From Thiohalospira halophila DSM 15071 (GTDB lineage: Bacteria > Pseudomonadota > Gammaproteobacteria > Thiohalospirales > Thiohalospiraceae): a stretch of DNA of 24,000 bases. The notes under the pieces are model-generated. The model was not told the DNA's origin. It saw nothing but the letters and a program-made list of their open reading frames with translations, and did no database searches. Below, piece by piece: positions 7,726 to 16,900 of this stretch. Both the position numbers and the translations under genes were made by a program. Numbering within the stretch: the stretch's first letter is position 1; each line of letters begins with the position of its first letter. Location of the stretch: NCBI RefSeq assembly GCF_900112605.1, contig NZ_FOMJ01000005.1, positions 59,199 to 83,198 on the forward strand, read 5' to 3'.

Positions 7726-8126
7726 TGGAAGAGACGGCCGACATCACCCAGATCATCCGGCGAAATGATGGCCATCCCGAATACGCCGTCGTCCCCTACG
7801 ACCAGTATCAGCGTATGCTTGAACGCATGGAGGAGCTGATCGACCTTCACGAGACCGACAAGGTCCGCGAGCGCATGCATACCGGAGAGGAAGAGTCGGT
7901 TCCACTGGAACTGGTCCAGCGCATTGATGCCGGGGAAAGCCCCGTCAGGGTCTGGCGGGAACATCGTGGTATCGAGCGCCGGGAACTTGCGGAGGCTACG
8001 GACATCGGCGACCGGGCTCTCTACATGATCGAGGCCGGCAAACGCGAACCATCGACGCGCGTACTCCGTCAGCTCGCCAGTCGACTGGACGTCGACGTCG
8101 ACGACCTCCTCCCACCGGCTGACTGA
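7722..8126 (+). CDS. Antitoxin with C-terminal XRE-type HTH and a Phd/YefM-like N-terminal segment (134 aa)
   Basis: Start MMEETAD at 7722. N-terminal GHPEYAVVPYDQYQRMLERMEELIDL resembles a Phd/YefM antitoxin N-terminus. C-terminal VRVWREHRGIERRELAEATDIGDRALYMIEAGKREPSTRVLRQLASRLDVDVDDL is an XRE/HigA-like HTH. The toxin-first order is as in HigBA. Confidence 0.85.
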   Translation: MMEETADITQIIRRNDGHPEYAVVPYDQYQRMLERMEELIDLHETDKVRERMHTGEEESVPLELVQRIDAGESPVRVWREHRGIERRELAEATDIGDRALYMIEAGKREPSTRVLRQLASRLDVDVDDLLPPAD

Positions 8127-9641
8127 CTACCGCAGAAACAGCTCGTACGCCGGGTTCTCCGTCTCTTCTTCCCAGGCGTAGCCCAGTTCCTGGAGGAACT
8201 GCTGGAAGGCGGGCTCCTCCTCCTCGGGGACCTGGAAGCCGGCGAGGACGCGGCCGTAGTCGGCGCCGTGGTTGCGGTAGTGGAACAGGGAGATGTTCCA
8301 GTCGGCGTGGAGGTGGCTGAGGAAGCGCAGCAGCGCCCCGGGCCGCTCGGGGAATTCGAAGCGGTAGAGGGTCTCCCGGCCGGCGTGGGGCGCGCGGCCG
8401 CCCACCATGTGGCGGACGTGGAGCTTGGCCATCTCGTTGTCGGTGAGATCCACCACGCCGTAGCCGGCGGCCTCCAGCTTCTCGCGGAGCTCCTCCTTCT
8501 CCGGGGCGCCGGCGTTCATGCGGATGCCGACGAAGATGTGGGCCTCGTCGGGGCCGGCGTAGCGGTAGTTGAACTCGGTGATGGAGCGGGTGCCGATGGC
8601 GTTGCAGAAGGCGCGGAAGCTGCCGGGCTGCTCGGGGATGGTCACGGCAAACAGCGCCTCGCGCCGCTCGCCCAGCTCGGCGCGCTCGGCCACGTAGCGC
8701 AGCCGGTCGAAGTTGATGTTGGCCCCGCTGACCACGGCGGCCAGGTTGGCGCCCTCCAGCCGGTGATTCTCCACGTACTGCTTGAGGCCGGCCACGCTGA
8801 GCGCCCCGGCCGGCTCGGCGATGGAGCGGGTGTTGTCGAAGATGTCCTTGATGGCGGCGCAGATGGCGTCGGTGGAGACCAGCACCACCTCGTCCACGCT
8901 CTCGCGCAGGATGCGGAAGGGCTCCTCGCCGATCCGGCGCACCGCCACGCCGTCGGCGAAGATCCCCACCTGGGGCAGCTGCACCCGCTCGCCGGCGGCC
9001 AGGGCGGAGTGCAGCGTCGGCGCATCCGCCGGCTCCACACCGATGATCCGCACGCCCGGATAGAGGGCCCGAAAGTAGGCGCTCACCCCCGCCAGAAGCC
9101 CACCACCGCCCACGGGGACGAAGACGGCCTCCAGCGGCTGCGGCGCCTGGCGGGCCAGCTCCATGGCCACCGTCCCCTGCCCGGCGATGACGTCGGGATC
9201 GTCGTAGGGCGGGATGAAGGCCATGCCGGCCTCCTCCGCGATCTGCATGCAGTGGGCGAAGGCCTCGTCGTAGGAACTGCCGTGGAGGACGATCTCCGCC
9301 CCCAGCGCCCGCACCGCCTCGATCTTGATGTCCGGCGTGGTCTTGGGCATGACGATCCGCGCCGGGATCCCGAGCCTGCGCGCCGACAGGGCCACGCCCT
9401 GGGCGTGGTTGCCGGCGGAGGCAGCAATGACGCCGCGCGCCCGCTGCTCCGGGGCGAGGTGGATGATCTTGTTGTACGCCCCGCGCAGCTTGTAGGAGAA
9501 GACCGGCTGCAGGTCCTCGCGCTTGAGGAAGACCTGGTTGCCCAGCCGGTTGGAGAGGCCGGTGGCCGGGTCCAGCGGCGTCTCCCGGGCCACGTCGTAG
9601 ACCCGGGCGGTGAGAATGCGCTTCAGGTAGGCGTCGAACAT
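8127..9641 (-). CDS. ilvA: Biosynthetic threonine ammonia-lyase (threonine dehydratase) IlvA, 504 aa
   Basis: MFDAYLKRILTARVYDVARETPLDPA...FSYKLRGAYNK (PLP lysine motif)...GGGGL..., plus the two C-terminal ACT-like regulatory repeats ending YAWEEETENPAYELFLR. Start at ATG 9641. The 814-aa track ORF is an upstream read-through extension. Confidence 0.97.
   Translation of the reverse strand: MFDAYLKRILTARVYDVARETPLDPATGLSNRLGNQVFLKREDLQPVFSYKLRGAYNKIIHLAPEQRARGVIAASAGNHAQGVALSARRLGIPARIVMPKTTPDIKIEAVRALGAEIVLHGSSYDEAFAHCMQIAEEAGMAFIPPYDDPDVIAGQGTVAMELARQAPQPLEAVFVPVGGGGLLAGVSAYFRALYPGVRIIGVEPADAPTLHSALAAGERVQLPQVGIFADGVAVRRIGEEPFRILRESVDEVVLVSTDAICAAIKDIFDNTRSIAEPAGALSVAGLKQYVENHRLEGANLAAVVSGANINFDRLRYVAERAELGERREALFAVTIPEQPGSFRAFCNAIGTRSITEFNYRYAGPDEAHIFVGIRMNAGAPEKEELREKLEAAGYGVVDLTDNEMAKLHVRHMVGGRAPHAGRETLYRFEFPERPGALLRFLSHLHADWNISLFHYRNHGADYGRVLAGFQVPEEEEPAFQQFLQELGYAWEEETENPAYELFLR
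8129..8168. repeat. 40-bp direct repeat, copy B: the functional 3' end of ilvA
   Basis: See copy A at 7313..7352. This copy encodes EETENPAYELFLR of the intact ilvA, followed by a TAG stop at 8127-8129. Confidence 0.9.
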
Positions 9642-9686
9642 GGCCGTTACGGTACCACCTCCCCCGGGGGGTGTCAGCGCGGGATC

Positions 9687-9716
9687 TGGCCGCAGCCGCC
9701 GCGGTGACCCTATAAT
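9687..9716 (+). promoter_or_regulatory. Candidate rpiA promoter
   Basis: Perfect TATAAT at 9711-9716, 34 nt upstream of the rpiA ATG. The -35 is weak (TGGCCG 9687-9692, 18-nt spacer). GGAGGAG Shine-Dalgarno at 9739-9745. Confidence 0.4.
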
Positions 9717-9749
9717 CGGCCGATTGTCATCGGGATTCGGAGGAGCACC

Positions 9750-10406
9750 ATGAACCAGGACGAGATGAAGCGCGAGGTGGCCCGGGCCGCCATCGAGTAC
9801 GTGGAGACCGACACGGTAATCGGCGTGGGCACCGGCTCCACCGCCAACTACTTCATCGACGAGCTGGCGAACATCAAGGGCCGCATCGAGGGCACCGTGG
9901 CCAGCTCCAACGCCAGCGCCGAGCGGCTCAAGGGCCACGGGATCCCGGTCTACAACCTCAACGACGTGGGCGACATCGGCCTCTACGTGGACGGCGCCGA
10001 CGAGACCACCCGCCACCTGCAGCTCACCAAGGGCGGCGGCGGCGCGCTGACGCGGGAGAAGATCGTCGCCGCCGCCAGCGAGAAGTTCGTCTGCATTGTG
10101 GACGACACCAAGGTGGTGGACATCCTGGGCGCCTTCCCGCTGCCCATCGAGGTGATCCCCATGGCGCGCAGCTACGTCGCCCGCCAGGTGGTCAAGCTGG
10201 GCGGCGAGCCGGTCCTGCGCGAGGGCTTCACCACCGACAACGGCAACCTCATCCTGGACGTCCACGGCCTCTCCATCATGGAGCCGTCCAGGCTGGAGGC
10301 GCAGCTCAACAACATCCCCGGCGTGGTCACCAACGGCCTCTTCGCCATGGACCCGGCGGATGTACTGCTCGTGGGCTCCTCCAGCGGGGTCGAGACCGTC
10401 CGCTAG
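9750..10406 (+). CDS. rpiA: Ribose-5-phosphate isomerase A
   Basis: 218 aa with [22 protein letters not shown] and [16 protein letters not shown], the canonical RpiA motifs. It is divergent from ilvA. Confidence 0.97.
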   Translation: MNQDEMKREVARAAIEYVETDTVIGVGTGSTANYFIDELANIKGRIEGTVASSNASAERLKGHGIPVYNLNDVGDIGLYVDGADETTRHLQLTKGGGGALTREKIVAAASEKFVCIVDDTKVVDILGAFPLPIEVIPMARSYVARQVVKLGGEPVLREGFTTDNGNLILDVHGLSIMEPSRLEAQLNNIPGVVTNGLFAMDPADVLLVGSSSGVETVR

Positions 10407-10419
10407 GGCGGCGCCAATC

Positions 10420-10541
10420 GAACGACGCAGCCGTCGTTCCGGGCGGCGCTCAGCGCCGACCCGGAACCTCGAGAACAGGCCCGCAGCAGTGCCTCGGTCC
10501 GGGGCTACGTTCTCGAGGTTCCCGCCTGCGCGGGAACGACG
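10420..10541. repeat. Composite imperfect palindrome (REP/MITE-like element or large terminator/insulator structure)
   Basis: Hairpin gaacgacg/cgtcgttc (10420-10439). Perfect 14-bp inverted repeat ggaacctcgagaac (10463-10476) / gttctcgaggttcc (10509-10522). Hairpin gttcccgc/gcgggaac (10518-10537). gaacgacg recurs at 10534-10541, so both ends carry cgtcgttcc + a short GC hairpin + ggaacctcgagaac in inverted orientation. Confidence 0.6.
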
Positions 10542-10570
10542 TCCAAGGGCAACGAGGAGGGAGCAGAGCA

Positions 10571-10774
10571 ATGGGGCGCTGGCTCATCGGCATCGGGCTG
10601 GTGCTGGTCGTCCTCGGCCTGATCTGGCCCTGGCTCGCCCGGCTGGGGCTGGGCCGGCTGCCGGGGGACATCGCCATCCAGCGGGAGGGATTCCACTTCT
10701 ACTTCCCCGTCACCACCTCGCTGCTGGTGAGCGTGGTAGTCTCCCTGCTGCTCTGGCTCTTCTTCCGGCGCTGA
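10571..10774 (+). CDS. DUF2905-family small membrane protein (67 aa)
   Basis: Two TM helices flank the GRLPGDIAIQREGFHFYFPVTTSLL signature of DUF2905. GAGGAGGGA Shine-Dalgarno upstream. Confidence 0.85.
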   Translation: MGRWLIGIGLVLVVLGLIWPWLARLGLGRLPGDIAIQREGFHFYFPVTTSLLVSVVVSLLLWLFFRR

Positions 10775-10775
10775 C

Positions 10776-11843
10776 GTGGGCCGCCGGCACGACCCCCACA
10801 AGGGCCGCGGGGCGGTGTCCAGCCCCGACAACCGCTACGCCGCCCGGCAGCGGGAGGCGGTCGACGATGGCTGGAGCGACGAGCTGGACCCCGAGCCGGC
10901 GCCGGCCACCACCCTCATCCCGCACAACACCCGCCGGATCCTCAGCTACAACGACTCCCCGGATCTCGCCTTCGACCGCACCCTGAACCCCTATCGCGGC
11001 TGCGAGCACGGCTGCATCTACTGCTACGCCCGTCCCACCCACGCCTGGCTGGACGAGTCCCCGGGCCGCGACTTCGAGACCCGGATCCACTACCGCCCCG
11101 ACGCCGCCGAGCGCCTGCGCGCGGAACTCGACCGGCCCGGCTACCAGCCGGAGACCATCGCCCTGGGCATGAACACCGACGCCTACCAGCCGGCGGAGCG
11201 GCAACTGGGGATCACCCGCTCGGTCCTGGAGGTCTGCCGGGAGACCCGCCATCCGGTGAGCCTGGTGACCAAGTCGGCCCTGGTGGAGCGGGACCGGGAT
11301 ATCCTCGGCCCCATGGCGGAAGCGGGGCTGGCCACCGTGGCCGTCTCCATCACCACCCTGGATAGCGACCTCGACCGCCGGCTGGAGCCCCGGGCGGCCG
11401 GTCCGCGCCGACGGCTGGCCACCATCCGGCGGCTGCGCGAGGCGGGGATCCCGGTGGGGGTACTGGTGGCCCCGGTGATCCCGGTCCTCACCGAGGCGGA
11501 GTTCGAGGCCATCCTGGAGGCGGCGGCCGAGGCCGGGGCGAGCTGGGCCGGCTACGTCCTGCTGCGGCTGCCCCACGAGCTGGGCGATCTCTTCCGGGAC
11601 TGGCTGGACGAGCACGCCCCCGGCCAGGCGGAGCACATCCTCTCCCGGGTCCAGCAGGCGCGGGGCGGGAAGGACTACGAGCCGAGCTTCGGCCGGCGCA
11701 TGACCGGGGAAGGACCCTGGGCGGACCTGCTGGCCCAGCGCTTCCGGCTGGCGCGGCGGAAGTTCGACCTGGAGTGGCCGCCGGTGCTGGACACCACGGC
11801 CTTCACGCCGCCCGGCGGGCGGCAGGGGGATCTCTTCGACTAG
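10776..11843 (+). CDS. PA0069-family radical SAM protein
   Basis: GTG start 1 nt after the upstream stop. CEHGCIYC (CxxxCxxC) cluster. The N-terminal GRGAVSSPDNRY and overall layout are typical of the PA0069 radical SAM family. Confidence 0.9.
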   Translation: MGRRHDPHKGRGAVSSPDNRYAARQREAVDDGWSDELDPEPAPATTLIPHNTRRILSYNDSPDLAFDRTLNPYRGCEHGCIYCYARPTHAWLDESPGRDFETRIHYRPDAAERLRAELDRPGYQPETIALGMNTDAYQPAERQLGITRSVLEVCRETRHPVSLVTKSALVERDRDILGPMAEAGLATVAVSITTLDSDLDRRLEPRAAGPRRRLATIRRLREAGIPVGVLVAPVIPVLTEAEFEAILEAAAEAGASWAGYVLLRLPHELGDLFRDWLDEHAPGQAEHILSRVQQARGGKDYEPSFGRRMTGEGPWADLLAQRFRLARRKFDLEWPPVLDTTAFTPPGGRQGDLFD

Positions 11844-11852
11844 GAGGGGAGG

Positions 11853-12767
11853 TCAGACGTAGAGGTTGATACCGCTGGCCTGGCCGGGCTCGCGGCGGGC
11901 ATAGCCACCCGCGGCGGCGCTCACCGTCTCCTCGGAGCCGGCACCATTATTACCCGGTCGCATCTCGCCGGAGTCGGTTACGGAATCGGCCCGGGCACTG
12001 CCCGACTCTCCCGGCTCACCGGGGCGGTTCGCCTCCAGGGGGTCTCCCACGGGATCGGGGTAGAGGGGCTCCGGCGCCAGCGGATCGCGCTCCGCCGCGC
12101 TGCCGCCGTCATCGCTGGCCGCGGCCGGGGACTCCTCCTGGCGCTCCATGCGCAGTTCCATGCGCGCCTCCTGGGCCATCTGAGTCGCCTCGGCGGCCAC
12201 CTGGCGATCCTGGGGCGAGGGATTGGCGGGAGCGAGGGCCGCGGCGCGGACCTGGCGCGCCTTCTCCAGGGTGGCCTCGGGATCATCGCGCACCGGCGTG
12301 GTATCCACGTCCACGTTCCCGCCGATGGCATAACGCCGCCCGTCGGGACCGACGACGAAACTGTAGGAGACCGACGAGGTATACGAACCGCCAGCGGCCA
12401 GGTGGGCCTGCTCGTGGGCGCGCACCTCGCGGTCGCGGTTGCGCAGCTCCTGCAGCGCCAGATCGCGGCGCTGCTGGTCCACCTGGTCCCGCACCCGCTG
12501 GCCCTGCCCATCCAGCCGGGCCGAGCTGGCCTCGGCCCGCTGCCGCTCCTCCGCTCGCCGCAGACCTTCCACCGCCTGGGAGCGGTTCTCCGTGCCGACC
12601 CGGGCCGGCTCACCGGCCGCTCGGTCCCGAGTGGGCGAGGACTGGGCCACTGCCTCACTGGTCTGCTCCACCGACTCCGGGATCCGGGCACCACCCATCC
12701 CCGGCCGCCCCGTGGGATTCAGGGAGGCCAGCGCGGCACTCAGACTGGGTGAAGCATCGGTGGCCAT
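11853..12767 (-). CDS. SprA-related putative metalloprotease family protein
   Basis: Core LRNRDREVRAHEQAHLAAGGSYTSSVSYSFVVGPDGRRYAIGGNVDVD matches the SprA-related / CJM1_0395-type signature (RDxEVRxHExAH...GPDGxxYAxGG). The termini are low complexity. Start set at ATG 12767 (MATDASP; GGAAG 5 nt upstream). The ORF is also open to 12824. Confidence 0.75.
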   Translation of the reverse strand: MATDASPSLSAALASLNPTGRPGMGGARIPESVEQTSEAVAQSSPTRDRAAGEPARVGTENRSQAVEGLRRAEERQRAEASSARLDGQGQRVRDQVDQQRRDLALQELRNRDREVRAHEQAHLAAGGSYTSSVSYSFVVGPDGRRYAIGGNVDVDTTPVRDDPEATLEKARQVRAAALAPANPSPQDRQVAAEATQMAQEARMELRMERQEESPAAASDDGGSAAERDPLAPEPLYPDPVGDPLEANRPGEPGESGSARADSVTDSGEMRPGNNGAGSEETVSAAAGGYARREPGQASGINLYV

Positions 12768-12824
12768 ATCCGCTTCCGATGACATTATGGGTATACTGCA
12801 AGTATGTATCAGCGTCCCGCTCAT

Positions 12825-12839
12825 GAGTCAAATTGACTC
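12825..12839. promoter_or_regulatory. 15-bp perfect palindrome GAGTCAA-A-TTGACTC in the divergent intergenic region (candidate operator)
   Basis: 7-bp arms around a single central base, located between the SprA-like gene and the efflux operon. Confidence 0.3.
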
Positions 12840-12865
12840 GCCCGGCGCGGACCTCCACCAGCGCA

Positions 12866-12894
12866 TTGACCGTGCAGTCAGTCCGGCGAAGAAT
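12866..12894 (+). promoter_or_regulatory. Candidate sigma70 promoter for the MFP-RND operon
   Basis: TTGACC (12866-12871), 17-nt spacer, AAGAAT (12889-12894). AAGGAGG Shine-Dalgarno lies just before the ATG at 12918. Confidence 0.35.
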
Positions 12895-12917
12895 GGAGGA
12901 GAACCAAGGAGGTCCCC

Positions 12918-13994
12918 ATGCCACGCCTGCCCCGCCGTCCCCTCACCATCCTCACCATCCTCATCCTGGCAGCGGCCTGGATCGGTTCCGGCGTTCTCAC
13001 TCGGCCAGCCCCCACCGCCGAAGAGACCGGGGAGCGCCCGAAAATGACCGTGGGGGTGGCCCAGCGCCGGGCCGAGCCGGTGGAGGAGCTGCTGGTCCTG
13101 CAGGGCGATGTGGAGCCGGACAGCCGCATGGTGGTCCGCGCCGAGACCGCCGGGCAGGTGGCCGAGTGGGCGGTTCCGCGCGGGGCGCAGGTGGCCGAGG
13201 GCGACCTCCTGGCGCGGCTGAAGATGGACGACCGGCAGGCGAAGCTGCGCCAGGCCGAGGCCCGGGTGGCCGGCGCCGAAAGCGACTACGAGGCCACCCG
13301 GACCATGGCCGAGGACGACTTCACCGCCGAGCTGCAGGTGGACGTCAAGCGCGCCGAGCTGGAGGCGGCCCGGGCCCAGCTGGAGGCGGTCCGCCAGGAC
13401 ATCGAGAATACCGAGCTGCGCGCGCCCATGGACGGCATCGTCAACCGCCGCATCGCCGAGCGCGGCGACTTCCTCGCCGTGGGCGGCCAGCTGGCCGAGA
13501 TCGTGGTCAATGACCCCCTGCTCGCCGTGGTTCGGGTCCCCCAGCACCGCATCCGCGATGTGGAGCCGGGGCAGGAGGCGCGCATCCGCTTCTTGGACGG
13601 CTCCACCGCCACCGGCGAGGTCACCTTCGTCGCCCCGGTGGCCGAGCCGGCCACCCGCACCTTCCGGCTGGAGGCGACCTTCCCCAACCCCGAGGGCGAA
13701 CTCCCCTCGGGGATCAGCGCCGAGGTCATCATCCCGGTGGCGGAGACGGAGGCCCACCGCGTCTCCCCCGCCCTGCTCGCCCTGGACGACGACGGCCGTC
13801 TGGGGCTCAAGGCGGTCGCCGACGGCGAGGTGGTCTTCCACGAGGTAGAGGTCATCCGCGCCGACCGCGATGGCGTCTGGGTCACCGGGGCGCCGGCGAC
13901 CCTCGACCTCATCACCGTGGGCGGCGGCTTCGTCCGCCCCGGTGAGGCGGTGGCCACCGAGCCCAGTCCGGCCCCGGGCGAGGGCCGGCCGTGA
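12918..13994 (+). CDS. Efflux RND transporter periplasmic adaptor (MFP/HlyD family)
   Basis: N-terminal TM anchor, coiled-coil hairpin (AKLRQAEARVAGAESDYE...ELEAARAQLEAVRQDIENTELRAPMDGIV), and lipoyl/beta-barrel motifs. The stop overlaps the next GTG start (GTGA, 13991-13994). Confidence 0.9.
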   Translation: MPRLPRRPLTILTILILAAAWIGSGVLTRPAPTAEETGERPKMTVGVAQRRAEPVEELLVLQGDVEPDSRMVVRAETAGQVAEWAVPRGAQVAEGDLLARLKMDDRQAKLRQAEARVAGAESDYEATRTMAEDDFTAELQVDVKRAELEAARAQLEAVRQDIENTELRAPMDGIVNRRIAERGDFLAVGGQLAEIVVNDPLLAVVRVPQHRIRDVEPGQEARIRFLDGSTATGEVTFVAPVAEPATRTFRLEATFPNPEGELPSGISAEVIIPVAETEAHRVSPALLALDDDGRLGLKAVADGEVVFHEVEVIRADRDGVWVTGAPATLDLITVGGGFVRPGEAVATEPSPAPGEGRP

Positions 13995-16900
13995 GGGCCC
14001 TCATCGCCGCCGCGGTGGACCGTGGCCGCGCCGTGCTGCTGCTGCTGGGGATCCTCCTGATCCTGGGGGCCGTGGCCTACGCCACCATCCCCAAGGAGGC
14101 CAACCCCGAGATCGACATCCCCATCTACTTCGTCACCGTCCCCTATCCCGGGATCACCTCCGAGGATGCCGAGCGCCTGCTGGTCCGCCCCCTGGAGCGG
14201 GAGCTGCAGTCGGTGGAGGGGCTGGACGAGATGCGCGCCTGGGCCGGCGAGGGCTTCGCCATGCTGCGGCTGGACTTCGAGCCCGGCTGGGACAGCCGCC
14301 AGGCTCTGGCCGACGTCCGCGAGGAGGTGGACCAGACCGAGCCGGAACTCCCCGCCGAGGCCGAGGAGCCGCGGGTAAGCGAGGTGGATGTCTCGCTCTT
14401 CCCGGTCCTCACGGCGACCCTCTCCGGCCCGGTGAGCGAGCGCTCGCTGCTGGAGACCGCCCGCGATCTGCGCGACCGCCTGGAGGCGAGCCCCGGCGTA
14501 CTGGAGGTGGACATCGGCGGCGAGCGCGAGGATGTCATGGAGATCCTGGTGGACCCGCTGGTCATGGAGTCCTACCGGATCTCCTACGCCGAACTCACCC
14601 GGGCCATCCAGCGCAACAACCAGCTGGTAACCGCCGGGGCGGTGGACACCGGCGCCGGCCGGATCGCCATCAAGGTCCCCGGCACCATCGAGGATACCGA
14701 AGCGGTCGAGAACACCGCGCTGCGCGCCGAGGACGGTACCGTGGTGCGGGTGGGCGACGTCGCCGAGGTCCGACAGACCTACAAGGACCCCGACAGCTTC
14801 GCCCGCATCGACGGCAATCCGGCGCTCTCCCTGGAGATCCGCAAGCGTACCGGGGCCAACATCCTGGAGGTAGTGGGCGAGGCCCGCCGGATCATCGAGG
14901 CCGCCCGGCAGGCGGGCCCCGAGGCACTGGAGGTACGCTACCTCCAGGATGGTGCCAAGGACGTGGCCGACTTCCTGGGCGACCTGGAGAACAACGTCAT
15001 CACCGCCGTGCTGCTGGTGATCCTGGTCATCGTCGCCGCCCTGGGGGTACGCTCCTCCCTGCTGGTGGCGGTGGCCATCCCGGGCGCCTTCCTCGGCGGC
15101 GTCCTGACCATCCACCTCATGGGCTTCACCCTCAACCTGGTGGTCCTCTTCTCCCTGATCCTGGTGGTGGGGATGCTGGTGGACGGTGCCGTGGTGGTCG
15201 CCGAGCTGGCCGACCGCTATGTCGCCGAGGGGCGCGGCCGGGCGGCGGCCTACCGCGATGCCGCCATCCGCATGGGATGGCCGGTGACCGCCGCCATCGC
15301 CACCACTCTGGCGGTCTTCTTCCCCATGCTCTTCTGGCCGGGAATGGTGGGCGAGTTCATCATCTACCTGCCGGCCACGGTGATCATCACCCTGCTCTTC
15401 TCCCTGGCCATGGCGCTCGTCTTTGTCCCGGCTCTGGGATCGTTCATCGGACCGCGCCAGGCGACCAACCCGGAGCTGGTGCGCCAGATCCGCGCCGCCG
15501 AGGCCGGCCGCTGGGAGGAGCTGGGCCGCCTCACCCGGGTCTATACCGACGCCCTGGCCGCTGCCTGCCGCCGGCCGGGGTTCACCCTGCTGGTCACGGC
15601 TACCATCACGGCCGCCCTCTACGCCGGCTGGGCCGTCCACGGCAAGGGGACCTCCTTCTTCCCCGACGTGGAGCCGCGCTTCGCCCAGATCCAGGTGCAG
15701 GCGCGGGGGGACCTCTCGGTCTGGGAGGCGGACGACCTGGTCCGCCGCGTCGAGGACCGGATCGCCGGGACCGACGGCGTAAAGACCCGCTATGCCCGCA
15801 CCATCGCCTCTCAACAGCGCCGCCTGGAGGGGGACTACCCCGAGGACACCATCGGCATCATCCAGCTGGAGCTCTCCGACTGGCGCACCCGCCGCCCCGC
15901 CAGCGAGGTCCTGGCCGAGCTTCGCCAGCACACCGCCGACCTGCCCGGCCTGAAGATCCAGGTCCGCAAGCAGGAGCGCGGCCCCACCGCCGGCAAACCG
16001 GTGGTGGTGGAGGTCCGCGGCACCGACGACGAGGCCATGGACGCGGCGGTGGAGCAGATCCGGGCCACCATGGCCGAGCTGGGCGGCTTTATCGACGTCT
16101 CCGACGACCGGCCGCCGCCGGGCGTGGAGGTGGAGCTACGGGTGGACCGGGAGGAGGCCGCCCGCCACGGGGTGGACATCGCCCTGCTGGGCCAGGGGCT
16201 GCAGACGCTCACCGACGGCATGCTCCTGGGCACCTACCACCCCGAGTTCACCGACGAAGCGGTGGACATCCGCCTGCGGCTGCCGGCGGATGCACGCCAC
16301 CTCCAGCAGCTGGCCACCCTGAACCTGCCCACGGAGCAGGGGCTGGTGCCGCTGCGCAACTTCGCCACCCTGGAGCCGGTGGAGGCCACCGGCCTCATCA
16401 AGCGCCGGGACGCGCGCCGGGCGCACACCATCGAGGCGGACGTGGCCGCCGGCGAGCTGGTGGACGAGCGCACCACCGCCCTGCAGACGGCGCTGGACGA
16501 GGCCGAGTGGCCCGAGGGAGTGAACTACGCCTTCCGCGGGGAGAGCGAGGACATGGCCGAGTCATCGCGCTTCCTGGTCCGCGCCTTCCTCTTCGCCGTG
16601 GCGCTGATGGTCGTGATCCTGGTGGTCCAGTTCAACCGCTTCACCCAGGCGGCCCTGGTCCTCTCCGCCATCCTCTTCTCCACCGCCGGGGTACTGGTCG
16701 GCCTGCTCATCCGCGGCGAGCCCTTCGGGATCGTCATGAGCGGCATCGGTACCCTGGCCCTGGCCGGCATCGTGGTGAACAACAACATCGTCCTCATCGA
16801 CACCTACAACGTCCTGCGCCGGGACGACGGCCTGGAGCCACTGGAGGCGGCCCTGCGCACCGGGGCCCAGCGCGCGCGGCCGGTGATCCTCACCGCCATC

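Noticed and set aside
9661-9670. CCCCCGGGGG 10-bp palindrome in the ilvA/rpiA divergent region
   Set aside because: It is a homopolymeric GC palindrome of low information content in a high-GC genome, and it has no flanking conserved half-sites.
10518-10537. gttcccgcctgcgcgggaac looks like a type I-E-style CRISPR repeat stem
   Set aside because: It is a single copy with no spacer-repeat periodicity and no cas genes in the window. It is better explained as part of the palindromic intergenic element.
9642-10571. Upstream 310 codons of the 814-aa minus-strand ORF containing ilvA
   Set aside because: This part is antisense to the unmistakable rpiA gene and reads as low-complexity sequence. IlvA homology begins at MFDAYLKRIL (ATG 9641), giving the normal 504-aa length.
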